From Mayamaea pseudoterrestris (Eukaryota), in the NCBI GenBank assembly GCA_027923505.1, contig BROI01000002.1, positions 2,728,001 to 2,775,980 on the forward strand: DNA of 47,980 nucleotides. Reading direction: 5' to 3'. The notes beneath the pieces were generated by a model. That model searched no databases. It was given only the letters and a program-made list of their open reading frames with translations, and was not told the DNA's origin. Shown piece after piece: positions 1 to 10,590 of the stretch (its first letter is position 1; each line of letters starts with the position of its first letter). The position numbers were made by a program, and so were the translations under genes.

Positions 1-2228
1 CGCGAACGTGTCACGCGCGTGAAGCCCTCTTCGTCGTCACTGTCTTCGTCGTCTTCGTCGCGCGACAACAAGTCCGGTACGTCGTCCTCGTCGTCATCGT
101 CATCCGAAGAGTCATAGTCGTCGTCCTCGGTCGGCTCGACGTCAAACTCATTCGGATCCCAAGGTCCATCGAAGGTCATCATGACCCGAGGTAAGGTGTG
201 AAGCTCATGCGCCGACACTGGAAACATTGGCAAGGTCGCCATGCCACTTTCCATCCCGAGCATAAACTTGTATCCATCTGGCGTTTCGATTCGTAACTTG
301 CCACCAAAGTTGTAATGCTTGTCGTTGACATGAAGTCCGAAGGCTTCCATCTGCATACTCGAATGAATCGTCTTGCCGGTTCCAGAATATGCGTAATTAT
401 GGAACTCGCCGACGACCCAACCCTTGGTGCTCTTAAGCTTGGCGACTGCTGTGACGGTAGACAGGTCCGGAAGTTTGAGACCACCGACTCCAGTGACTTC
501 AATCTTGTGGAACTTGTCCTCGGTAAGGATGCGGCCGTCCGCTCCCCATACTCCGCCACTCGCGCCGCGATCGACAGTCGACGCTGAATGCTTATCCAAG
601 TCAATGCTCGCGACTTTGTACTTGCGACTCTGAGCGATATTCGCTCCCCGAGTCGTAGTCGTGGGCTGGTCTGGACCTAAGAAACTTCGCATCGCTGAGC
701 CACGGCTGGTGTTGTTCACACGCTCAGTCGCTGCACTCGCCGTCGTTGCCGCTGATGAAGTGGCTGCGACGTTTGCGTTGCGTGTTGTACTCGTCGTCTG
801 CGTGGTGCCTGCCTGTGTTGCTGATGTCGAACCACCTGCAGCACTGGCCGCTCGACTCGTACCACGGCGTTCAAACACTTCATGTTGCTGATCGCGGGTA
901 AGGAGTCGCCACGTGTTTGGTGGAATCGTCGCATTCACGTCGCTGGGGATTTCGATCGTCTTCGTGTCGGCATAGCTGCGAACATACGTACGAGTATCTC
1001 CCCGACCGCGGCCGCTGCCGCCGCCTCGTCCTGTGCTCAAGTCGCCGCGACCACCGCCCCCCTGACTGGATTGCTGATTGTTGCTGCTACTTGGCGTAGA
1101 CTGGGAATTGTTCGCGCTTGCCTTCTTCGTCTTCTCCTTCTCTTTCTTGGTCTGCTCAGATTGGTTCGCCTGACGCTTCTCGGTCTCCTTGATGCCACGA
1201 CGATTGTCAGATTGACGTGCGACGTCGTTCAGGAGGTTCCAAAACTGGGTGTACGCCATCGGGTTGCCGGTCTTGGACTCTTCGATCAGCGCCATGTTCA
1301 CCGCCGCTGCCATATCCGCATGGCGGAAAACCGCGCGTTCCAAAATCTGACGCTTCGTGCTTGCTGTAAGTAGCTCGGTTTCCTCGGCGTAGTCATTGTA
1401 GTTCTCTTCCTTGCTGGACCACTGGATAAGCCAATTGACGAGAGACTTGGCGTAACCCGCGTCGAGGGTGAAGTTGCGCCATTCGTCTTCGGCCGAACGT
1501 AGATCCAACTTGCGCGCCATCCCGTCGAGGAATGTCGCCTCCAACTCTGCAATGCACGCTGAGGCATTCGCGCTGTCGATGTGCTTGCGGACAATGAGCT
1601 TGCTCTGCGGAGTCTTGCAGGTATACTCGAGCGCCGCTAAAAGCTTCGAACACTGATACTGATACTCGGCGAATTCGGGCTCGAGTGCAGCTGGTGCCTT
1701 GAACTCGTCGTCCCAAAAGTAGCCAAGTCGCTCGCTTCGCATGCGGTTATTGAAGGCCCGCCAGTAGGAGCAGAACTTGCGATCGTTCTTAAGCTCCAGC
1801 ATGGTCTTCAGATCCAGCTTGATGTCATGTCGCTTCGTCGTGTTGTCGTTGCCTCCGATAACGCTGAAGTCTCCGAAACTGCGGTTGCCTGCGGTCGGTG
1901 ACCCCGGTGCTACTGGGAGGTCTCGGCTCGTAATCTGGTCTTTCTCCAAGTCTTGCCATTGCGCAGTCGTCCGACGTTGCTCGTGAATCCAACTCATGAG
2001 CTTGCGCAATCGGCTTGTTCGTATCGTCGACCACTGGTACTGGTTCTTAATGTTCGTCACGTCTTGTTCCGACAACTCGGCCATCGCCTCCGCAGTCGTG
2101 AGTTCCTCGGATTCGAAGCATACTGCGGTAGGGTCGTTTGGGTCCCAAGCTGCGGACGCTGCGAGCCACGGAATATCGAAGACTTTACCGACGGCACGCT
2201 TGTAGGTCGTTACATCAATCGTCGTCAT
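1..2228 (-). CDS. Gag-protease part of the element A polyprotein (partial, runs off the window)
   Basis: ATG at 2228 (MTTIDVTTYK...), same sequence as the N-terminal part of the 1816-aa ORF, including the protease motif VDRGA. Confidence 0.9.
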   Translation of the reverse strand, partial: MTTIDVTTYKRAVGKVFDIPWLAASAAWDPNDPTAVCFESEELTTAEAMAELSEQDVTNIKNQYQWSTIRTSRLRKLMSWIHEQRRTTAQWQDLEKDQITSRDLPVAPGSPTAGNRSFGDFSVIGGNDNTTKRHDIKLDLKTMLELKNDRKFCSYWRAFNNRMRSERLGYFWDDEFKAPAALEPEFAEYQYQCSKLLAALEYTCKTPQSKLIVRKHIDSANASACIAELEATFLDGMARKLDLRSAEDEWRNFTLDAGYAKSLVNWLIQWSSKEENYNDYAEETELLTASTKRQILERAVFRHADMAAAVNMALIEESKTGNPMAYTQFWNLLNDVARQSDNRRGIKETEKRQANQSEQTKKEKEKTKKASANNSQSTPSSSNNQQSSQGGGGRGDLSTGRGGGSGRGRGDTRTYVRSYADTKTIEIPSDVNATIPPNTWRLLTRDQQHEVFERRGTSRAASAAGGSTSATQAGTTQTTSTTRNANVAATSSAATTASAATERVNNTSRGSAMRSFLGPDQPTTTTRGANIAQSRKYKVASIDLDKHSASTVDRGASGGVWGADGRILTEDKFHKIEVTGVGGLKLPDLSTVTAVAKLKSTKGWVVGEFHNYAYSGTGKTIHSSMQMEAFGLHVNDKHYNFGGKLRIETPDGYKFMLGMESGMATLPMFPVSAHELHTLPRVMMTFDGPWDPNEFDVEPTEDDDYDSSDDDDDEDDVPDLLSRDEDDEDSDDEEGFTRVTRS

Positions 2229-2317
2229 GGTGGAGGTTGATCAGAGGAATCGGACTCGCTGCAGACGAATGTGTCACAATAGCTCCCTCGCTCGTTCTCG
2301 CTCTCAAAGCACTGAAA

Positions 2318-2720
2318 TGTTAATCTAACACCGTTGACGATTTCGCAGTCAACGTCTTACCTCCAAAAAGCTCCGATACAGGGTCCTTGGCCACGGTCTG
2401 TACAGCTCTTGATGGAGATGGCTCGTCGAATAGTCTTGCGCTCGCCACTACACGAATACGACTGCACTCTCGTCGCAAACTAGTAGTTCTATATTGTGAG
2501 CTTATCGCTACATCGCTACATCGACCACTCGGAAGATCATCCGATCAATCCGTTTCTTTCAATCACATTACATCAGTCGTAACTGGTCGTTCCATTCATA
2601 CAACGCATCCACACGACGGTTGCGCACTTTCTTCATTCACATGTCACATACGACAGCTGCGGACTCGACACAAGCTAATTAGGGTTCGGGCTCTTGACTT
2701 CGCCGCTCTGCGACTTGTCA
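2318..2720 (-). repeat. 5' LTR of element A copy 1 (403 bp, TGACAAG...GATTAACA on the minus strand)
   Basis: Direct repeat of 9028-9430 and 2726-3112, with TG...CA termini. The internal boundary at 2318 is inferred from the TG/CA rule because the 3' LTR copy is clipped there. Confidence 0.85.
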
Positions 2721-2725
2721 ATATG

Positions 2726-3112
2726 AACACCGTTGACGATTTCGCAGTCAACGTCTTACCTCCAAAAGCTTCGATACAGGGTCTTGGCCACGGTCTGTAC
2801 AGCTCTTGATGGAGATGGCTCGTCGAATAGTCTTGCGCCCGCCACTACACGAATCCGACTGCACTCTCGTCGCAAACTAGTAGTTCTATATTGTGAGCTT
2901 ATCGCTCCGCTACATCGACCATCGAAGATCATCCGATCAATCCGTTTCTTTCAATCACATTACATCAGTCGTAACTGGTCGTTCCATTCATACAACGCAT
3001 CCACACGTCGGTTGCGCACTTTCTTCATTCACATGTCACATACGACAGCTGCGGACTCGACACAAGCTAATTAGGGTTCGGGCTCTTGACTTCGCCGCTC
3101 TGCGACTTGTCA
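2726..3112 (-). repeat. 3' LTR of element A copy 2 (lacks ~9 terminal bp; several small differences from the 5' LTR)
   Basis: Homologous to 2327-2720 and net 7 nt shorter. Starts TGACAAG on the minus strand directly after the polypurine tract. Confidence 0.9.
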
Positions 3113-6100
3113 CTCCCCTCGGGTACGCTGCTCGTCGTAGCCGCATTCTTGTCCTTCACAATCGCATACGATGTATCGCCGCACCAAAACAATACTGGCT
3201 TGAGCAATGGCATCGCATCACAGTACGGCAGGTACTTCGTCAGTATCGTCCGCAATGTTCTCCTTTCCGTCAATCTTCACAACTTGAGTAATCCGCAGCA
3301 ACTGCCCAACGAACACGATGGTAGGCCAACGCATTGTGTCGCTTGGACAATGTCCGAACTCAGGATTGTAGATTGTGTAATCACTGCTTGGTTGTCTCCG
3401 TACATCCAGGCAGACTTCTCCAATGGCGTACGCCCATAGCCATGAGCGATGCGCGTCGAGAAATGCTGATATCCGTTCCACTCTTTGCTACCGCCGACTT
3501 CCGATCCGGGTCGCAGTCTCGACTGTGGCCTGGAGTTTGCAATGCCAGTCGATTGGCGTTCTGGTTGACAAATGACAAAAAACTCCTTCCAATGACTTGC
3601 CTGTCACCATGCAATCCATGAGCACGCATCCTCGAAAGTTGATGTTCGTACAGTCACACCCTTTGGCGGTGGGTGCAGACGTCCAACATCTCATCAACTC
3701 CGTCCTTCCCGTGAACGCTGCGCTCCAATCTTGTTCCTCCATGGTGCCGAAGTGCTCCTCGTTGGCTCCGTTCGTACGGAAACGGATTGCTGCGTCCGGT
3801 AACTCTCGCAAATATCCACAGACTCGCTTCACCCGCTGCAGGTGTCCCTTGCGCGGCTCCACACGGAATCGCGACAGACTCACAACTGCTACGGCAATGT
3901 CAAATCGTCCCAAAGTAATCGCCCACTGAAGTGCTCCGACTAGAGACTGGTAAATCTTCTTCTCTTGGTCGTTCAGTAGCTCGCTTTGGTCAAGTTCGGG
4001 ATGATCGTCTTTGTCGATTGGTGATGAATACTTCTTCGGAGGACCTTCAAACAACCGCTCGTACTGCGCCAAGAGTTTCGCAACGTAGGTCTTGGCCGAC
4101 CAGTAAAGAGTTCCATCAGGGTCTCGTCCAAAGTCACCGCCGAGATGATACTCGGGATGTCCAACACCTTTGAGCTTAAACTTGTACTTCTCCTCTAGCA
4201 TCTTGAAGAACGCTGCTGGATCGTCTGAAATATTCAACAGATCGTCGACCCATACACAGAGGTAGTCGTAGCTGTCGCCGGCGTCCTTGATCCACAGATC
4301 GGAATCGCAATAGGACGGCTTCCACCCTTCCGCAAGTAGGGCGTCGGCTAAGCGTTCGTGAAATCGTGCTCCGCTCGTTCGCAATCCGTACAAAGCCTTG
4401 ACGATGACCAGGATGTGTCCTTCGCGCTCCCCGAACTCGGGGCCTCCAACGAAGTATACCTTCTCCTTGGTGAACGCTTCGAGATAAGCATTCCCAATGT
4501 CACCGACCATGCACTTCTTGCCGTTCGCTTCTCCAATGACGAGAGCTAGACGCATTGCCTTCAATGAGATAACACTGGAGTAGGCATCGTCGTTGTCTTT
4601 CGTCATGTGGCCGCCTGCAACGAGACGTGCCTTGTATCGCAAATCGTGCTTGACATCGTACACAAAATGGACTCGGATCTTCTGGTAACCAGTTGGTGGT
4701 GTTGTGGTGGAACTCGGACCGAGATCTTGAAACGTCTCGTACTCGTCCAGGTTCGCAAGCTCCACGCCTTCTGCATCCGTCCACTTCGTGTGTCCTGCAG
4801 CTTCTTGTAGACGTCGCGCTTCCTTCCAATCTCGGGGTACTTGGACTCCAAACTTGTAGCGCGGTCCGTTCTTCTGCTGCTCCATTCGGGCGATCGCCAC
4901 CTTGCGCGCAACCTTCTTGGCGTTCCGGGCCCATCGATTCAACGATGTCCATCCGTCCTTGTCGAGAAGATTATGCTTTTGCGCGTAGGCTGCCACTGAT
5001 ACTTTGTCGCTTTCGATCATCGCGTTGAGAGGCTCCCAAGTCTTGGATCCATCGTCCCATTGTACAAGGACGTTCCACTTGGAGTGCTTCCAGTTCTTCG
5101 ACTTGCTCGTCAGCGGACCCTGATGGTCTAGAATCTCCTTGAAGAACCATTTACGCTCAGGATTCGCCATGTCTTGGTTCACTTCGGCCTCGTAGAGATC
5201 GGAAACCTCGACATACGACATGATTTCGTCCGCTTCGCCGTTGCCAAGCTTCAGCATCATTTTAATGTTCTGATGGTTCTGGGCGTCGCGGTTGTTCAGC
5301 TTGCTCATGACGGTCGCTCGAACTTCTTGCCCGTCGTCCGTCTTCATGAGAAACGACTTGCCGATAAGTTCATCGGGTGCATACTTCGGGAGTTTGCGCC
5401 ACGGATTGATGTTCTTCTTCTTCGGCTTGTCGTCGTCGTCATCGTCATCGGCAGGATTCGGATCTAGCTCCCCGTCGGTCATATCGTCGTCTTCCGGGTA
5501 TTCCACCGTCTCGACCAAAGGGGTATCGTCTTCGTCAGGAATGAAAGAATCATCGTCTCTGCTGTCGGCGTCGGTAATCTTCTTGATCATTTCCGGCATA
5601 AGGATCTCGCCACCTAGACCAGGTACGGTATAGAGACGCGGCTCCCCTTCTTTCATGACTGGGGAAGCAGGTGCCGGTACGCGAAGGTTCAAAAATTTTG
5701 GGTCATTTCGGGGTAAGCAAACCGATCGCGTCATGATCTCGTGGGTCTCGCAATCACAGATGAAGTACGTCAGGTCGTCTCCGCACGTCGTGTTGGGACC
5801 AAGCCAGTACGCCGCGCGCTGGCGGGTACCCGGGGCCTCGACATCCTTGACAAAGTAGTTGACAATTTCAAACCAACGAAAATGCAAATACTTCGACACG
5901 TCGGGGACTTGCCCAGTGATAAACTCGATGGGAGACTTGCCGTCCAAGGCAGGATGCGACAAATGACGGTACATCTCGGTCTGAAAGAGTAAAGCGCGTA
6001 GCCAGAAGCATGCCGGAGTGCCTGTTCGGTCCATAAGTCGTTCATGACTTTCCTTGACGTGTCCGATGATGCGCTCGGCTGGATTTTGATTCTGGTAGTA

Positions 6101-8938
6101 CGGCTCCGATGTATGACGACGGCGAATCATGAACTCGCGCATTACTTCGTCAAACTCGGCACTCATCGCTTCTTTCGCATTATCCGAGAAGACTTCCAAC
6201 GGAGCTCCAAACTCGCGGATGAAATCACGGAATCGTTTCGGTACGTCACCTTTCGTCCGCATGGGATACACGACAATGATCTGACTGCGACAGCCATAGA
6301 ATAGCTGCACGCATGTGCACCCTGCATGTCCGTCGATATGATCATCCATGGCTGGTTCGTCGAAGAACATGGTGTCATGGGCCACTCGATCATCTAGACG
6401 GTAGACGTTCAGGAATCGGCTCTTTCGATGCATTCGTGGGGGGTATCGGCGCTCGTGCATGTTGAACTGCGTGCTGTGGCGCAAAGTATCCTTGATCGTC
6501 TGCGCCGGGTACCATGCAAAGTTCGGCAGCAATGCGTCGATATCAGGTTTCTTTGGCAGGATAGACTTGTAGGGCTGATAGACGAGATCCGCATTGTACT
6601 TCTGTACGACGGCACAAACATTCAGCTCCTTCTCGGTGTAAACAGGTTGATTGTCGTGTCCGAGATTCGTATACGTCACGTTGCTTTGACGATGGGTGCG
6701 ATTCCGCGTACGCGAACGTGTCACGCGCGTGAAGCCCTCTTCGTCGTCACTGTCTTCGTCGTCTTCGTCGCGCGACAACAAGTCCGGTACGTCGTCCTCG
6801 TCGTCATCGTCATCCGAAGAGTCATAGTCGTCGTCCTCGGTCGGCTCGACGTCAAACTCATTCGGATCCCAAGGTCCATCGAAGGTCATCATGACCCGAG
6901 GTAAGGTGTGAAGCTCATGCGCCGACACTGGAAACATTGGCAAGGTCGCCATGCCACTTTCCATCCCGAGCATAAACTTGTATCCATCTGGCGTTTCGAT
7001 TCGTAACTTGCCACCAAAGTTGTAATGCTTGTCGTTGACATGAAGTCCGAAGGCTTCCATCTGCATACTCGAATGAATCGTCTTGCCGGTTCCAGAATAT
7101 GCGTAATTATGGAACTCGCCGACGACCCAACCCTTGGTGCTCTTAAGCTTGGCGACTGCTGTGACGGTAGACAGGTCCGGAAGTTTGAGACCACCGACTC
7201 CAGTGACTTCAATCTTGTGGAACTTGTCCTCGGTAAGGATGCGGCCGTCCGCTCCCCATACTCCGCCACTCGCGCCGCGATCGACAGTCGACGCTGAATG
7301 CTTATCCAAGTCAATGCTCGCGACTTTGTACTTGCGACTCTGAGCGATATTCGCTCCCCGAGTCGTAGTCGTGGGCTGGTCTGGACCTAAGAAACTTCGC
7401 ATCGCTGAGCCACGGCTGGTGTTGTTCACACGCTCAGTCGCTGCACTCGCCGTCGTTGCCGCTGATGAAGTGGCTGCGACGTTTGCGTTGCGTGTTGTAC
7501 TCGTCGTCTGCGTGGTGCCTGCCTGTGTTGCTGATGTCGAACCACCTGCAGCACTGGCCGCTCGACTCGTACCACGGCGTTCAAACACTTCATGTTGCTG
7601 ATCGCGGGTAAGGAGTCGCCACGTGTTTGGTGGAATCGTCGCATTCACGTCGCTGGGGATTTCGATCGTCTTCGTGTCGGCATAGCTGCGAACATACGTA
7701 CGAGTATCTCCCCGACCGCGGCCGCTGCCGCCGCCTCGTCCTGTGCTCAAGTCGCCGCGACCACCGCCCCCCTGACTGGATTGCTGATTGTTGCTGCTAC
7801 TTGGCGTAGACTGGGAATTGTTCGCGCTTGCCTTCTTCGTCTTCTCCTTCTCTTTCTTGGTCTGCTCAGATTGGTTCGCCTGACGCTTCTCGGTCTCCTT
7901 GATGCCACGACGATTGTCAGATTGACGTGCGACGTCGTTCAGGAGGTTCCAAAACTGGGTGTACGCCATCGGGTTGCCGGTCTTGGACTCTTCGATCAGC
8001 GCCATGTTCACCGCCGCTGCCATATCCGCATGGCGGAAAACCGCGCGTTCCAAAATCTGACGCTTCGTGCTTGCTGTAAGTAGCTCGGTTTCCTCGGCGT
8101 AGTCATTGTAGTTCTCTTCCTTGCTGGACCACTGGATAAGCCAATTGACGAGAGACTTGGCGTAACCCGCGTCGAGGGTGAAGTTGCGCCATTCGTCTTC
8201 GGCCGAACGTAGATCCAACTTGCGCGCCATCCCGTCGAGGAATGTCGCCTCCAACTCTGCAATGCACGCTGAGGCATTCGCGCTGTCGATGTGCTTGCGG
8301 ACAATGAGCTTGCTCTGCGGAGTCTTGCAGGTATACTCGAGCGCCGCTAAAAGCTTCGAACACTGATACTGATACTCGGCGAATTCGGGCTCGAGTGCAG
8401 CTGGTGCCTTGAACTCGTCGTCCCAAAAGTAGCCAAGTCGCTCGCTTCGCATGCGGTTATTGAAGGCCCGCCAGTAGGAGCAGAACTTGCGATCGTTCTT
8501 AAGCTCCAGCATGGTCTTCAGATCCAGCTTGATGTCATGTCGCTTCGTCGTGTTGTCGTTGCCTCCGATAACGCTGAAGTCTCCGAAACTGCGGTTGCCT
8601 GCGGTTGGTGACCCCGGTGCTACTGGGAGGTCTCGGCTCGTAATCTGGTCTTTCTCCAAGTCTTGCCATTGCGCAGTCGTCCGACGTTGCTCGTGAATCC
8701 AACTCATGAGCTTGCGCAATCGGCTTGTTCGTATCGTCGACCACTGGTACTGGTTCTTAATGTTCGTCACGTCTTGTTCCGACAACTCGGCCATCGCCTC
8801 CGCAGTCGTGAGTTCCTCGGATTCGAAGCATACTGCGGTAGGGTCGTTTGGGTCCCAAGCTGCGGACGCTGCGAGCCACGGAATATCGAAGACTTTACCG
8901 ACGGCACGCTTGTAGGTCGTTACATCAATCGTCGTCAT
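3067..8938 (-). CDS. Gag-Pol polyprotein of element A; open to ~3730, RNase H region frameshifted, true stop probably at 3067 inside the 3' LTR
   Basis: 1816-aa ORF 3488-8938 has protease VDRGA, integrase D-D-E (VAHDT, FSDNA, NPAER), a chromodomain-like block (EILDH...LVQW...TWEP) and RT (KARLVAGGH, KALYGL, VWVDDLL). RNase H motifs (TPIDWHCKLQATVETAT, GDNQAV, ENIAD, TKYLP) are split across frames and end ...PEGSDKSQSGEVKSPNPN*. Confidence 0.93.
3113..3120 (-). promoter_or_regulatory. Polypurine tract (plus-strand primer) of element A
   Basis: GAGGGGAG immediately precedes TGACAAG of the 3' LTR on the minus strand. Confidence 0.85.
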
Positions 8939-9027
8939 GGTGGAGGTTGATCAGAGGAATCGGACTCGCTGCAGACGAATGTGTCACAATAGCTCCCTCG
9001 CTCGTTCTCGCTCTCAAAGCACTGAAA

Positions 9028-9430
9028 TGTTAATCTAACACCGTTGACGATTTCGCAGTCAACGTCTTACCTCCAAAAAGCTCCGATACAGGGTCCTTGG
9101 CCACGGTCTGTACAGCTCTTGATGGAGATGGCTCGTCGAATAGTCTTGCGCTCGCCACTACACGAATACGACTGCACTCTCGTCGCAAACTAGTAGTTCT
9201 ATATTGTGAGCTTATCGCTACATCGCTACATCGACCACTCGGAAGATCATCCGATCAATCCGTTTCTTTCAATCACATTACATCAGTCGTAACTGGTCGT
9301 TCCATTCATACAACGCATCCACACGACGGTTGCGCACTTTCTTCATTCACATGTCACATACGACAGCTGCGGACTCGACACAAGCTAATTAGGGTTCGGG
9401 CTCTTGACTTCGCCGCTCTGCGACTTGTCA
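9028..9430 (-). repeat. 5' LTR of element A copy 2
   Basis: Identical by eye to 2318-2720 and flanked on the right by ATATG plus satellite. Confidence 0.88.
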
Positions 9431-10289
9431 ATATGACTTAAAAGTAGATGGACCTCACTCATTTAGCGGAACACATTGGACTTGATAGGTGGATGGACCT
9501 CGCTCATTGAGCGGGAACACATTGGACCTGAAATTGGATGGAACTCACTTATCTAGCAGTAGTGCATTGGACTTGAAAGTGGATGGGCCTCACTCATGTA
9601 GTGGACTTGATAGGTGGATGGACCTCACTCAATTAGCGGGTACACCTTCAACTTGATAGGTGGATGGACCTCACTCATTTAGCGGGAACACATTAAACTT
9701 GAAAGTGGGATGGACCAAACTTATTTTGCGGGACGCATTGGACTTGAAAGTGGATGGACCTCACTCATTTAGTGGGAACACATATGACTTAAAAGTAGAT
9801 GGACCTCACTCATTTAGCGGAACACATTGGACTTGATAGGTGGATGGACCTCGCTCATTGAGCGGGAACACATTGGACCTGAAATTGGATGGAACTCACT
9901 TATCTAGCAGTAGTGCATTGGACTTGAAAGTGGATGGGCCTCACTCATGTAGTGGACTTGATAGGTGGATGGACCTAACTCAATTAGCGGGTACACCTTG
10001 GACTTGATAGGTGGATGGACCTCACTCATTTAGCGGGAACACATTGGACTTGAAAGTGGATGGAACTCACTTATTTAGCGGTAGTGCATTGGACTTGAAA
10101 GTAGATGGGCCTCACTCATGTAGTGGACTTGATAGGTGGATAGACCTCACTCAACTAACGGGAACACCTTGGACTTGATAGGTGGATGGACCTCACTCAT
10201 TTAGCGGGAACACATTAAACTTGATAGTGGATGGACCTTACTCATTTAGCTAGATACATTGGACTTGAAAGTGGATGGACCTCACTTAT
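9431..10289. repeat. Tandem satellite/minisatellite, ~45-bp monomer, about 20 copies, with 171-bp and 351-bp higher-order periods
   Basis: Consensus approximately TTGGACTTGA(A/T)AG(G)TGGATGGACCTCACTCATTTAGCGGGAACACA. A short variant monomer ending CATGTAG recurs at 9595, 9946 and 10117. Confidence 0.95.
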
Positions 10290-10590
10290 AACCATGACAT
10301 TATTTGCTATAATATTACTAGCACAGGATGCTCACTTGTAGCATGTTACTTGCGAGACAGATGTTAATGTCTCATGTGACATATGGGATTCCGATGGGTT
10401 CTGCATGTTGAAGTTTCATTATAGTAGTCGTAGAAAGTGAGTCACAGACTGACAGACACAACATTTTTTATACTCACTGTACCCTACGGGTCAGTGATTC
10501 ATTCATTCATCCTGCTCTCGTAGGTACCGAGTCTGTGTGTCACAAGTAAGCATTAATTACAATAGAAGGCAAACAAGGGAAGCTAACGTC

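Larger units (their letters stand above)
1..2720 (-). mobile_element. Ty1/copia (CoDi-like) LTR retrotransposon A, copy 1 (5' LTR, gag, protease; truncated by window start)
   Basis: 1-2725 repeats 6711-9435 at a 6710-bp offset. The only difference I found is C1896 vs T8606. Confidence 0.95.
2726..9430 (-). mobile_element. Ty1/copia (CoDi-like) LTR retrotransposon A, copy 2, near full length
   Basis: LTR-gag-PR-INT-RT-RH-PPT-LTR order. Integrase lies upstream of RT, the copia arrangement. Confidence 0.97.

Noticed and set aside
2679..2690. TTAGGGTTCGGG, telomere-like motif in the element A LTR
   Set aside because: Only one perfect TTAGGG per LTR; not an array.
2724..2733. Alternative LTR terminus TGAACACC with a 3-bp ATA spacer
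   Set aside because: The TG belongs to the ATATG that also flanks the outer LTR at 9431-9435. The two other LTR copies read TGTTAATCTAACACC, so clipping is the simpler reading, though not proven.
2387..3439. Plus-strand ORFs of 113-140 aa across the LTRs
   Set aside because: Antisense to the element, repeated only because the LTR is repeated, and with no recognisable motifs.
9431..10289. Regularly spaced repeats resembling a CRISPR array
   Set aside because: The variable parts are variants of one another rather than unique spacers, they recur in higher-order blocks, there are no cas genes, and the context is eukaryotic.
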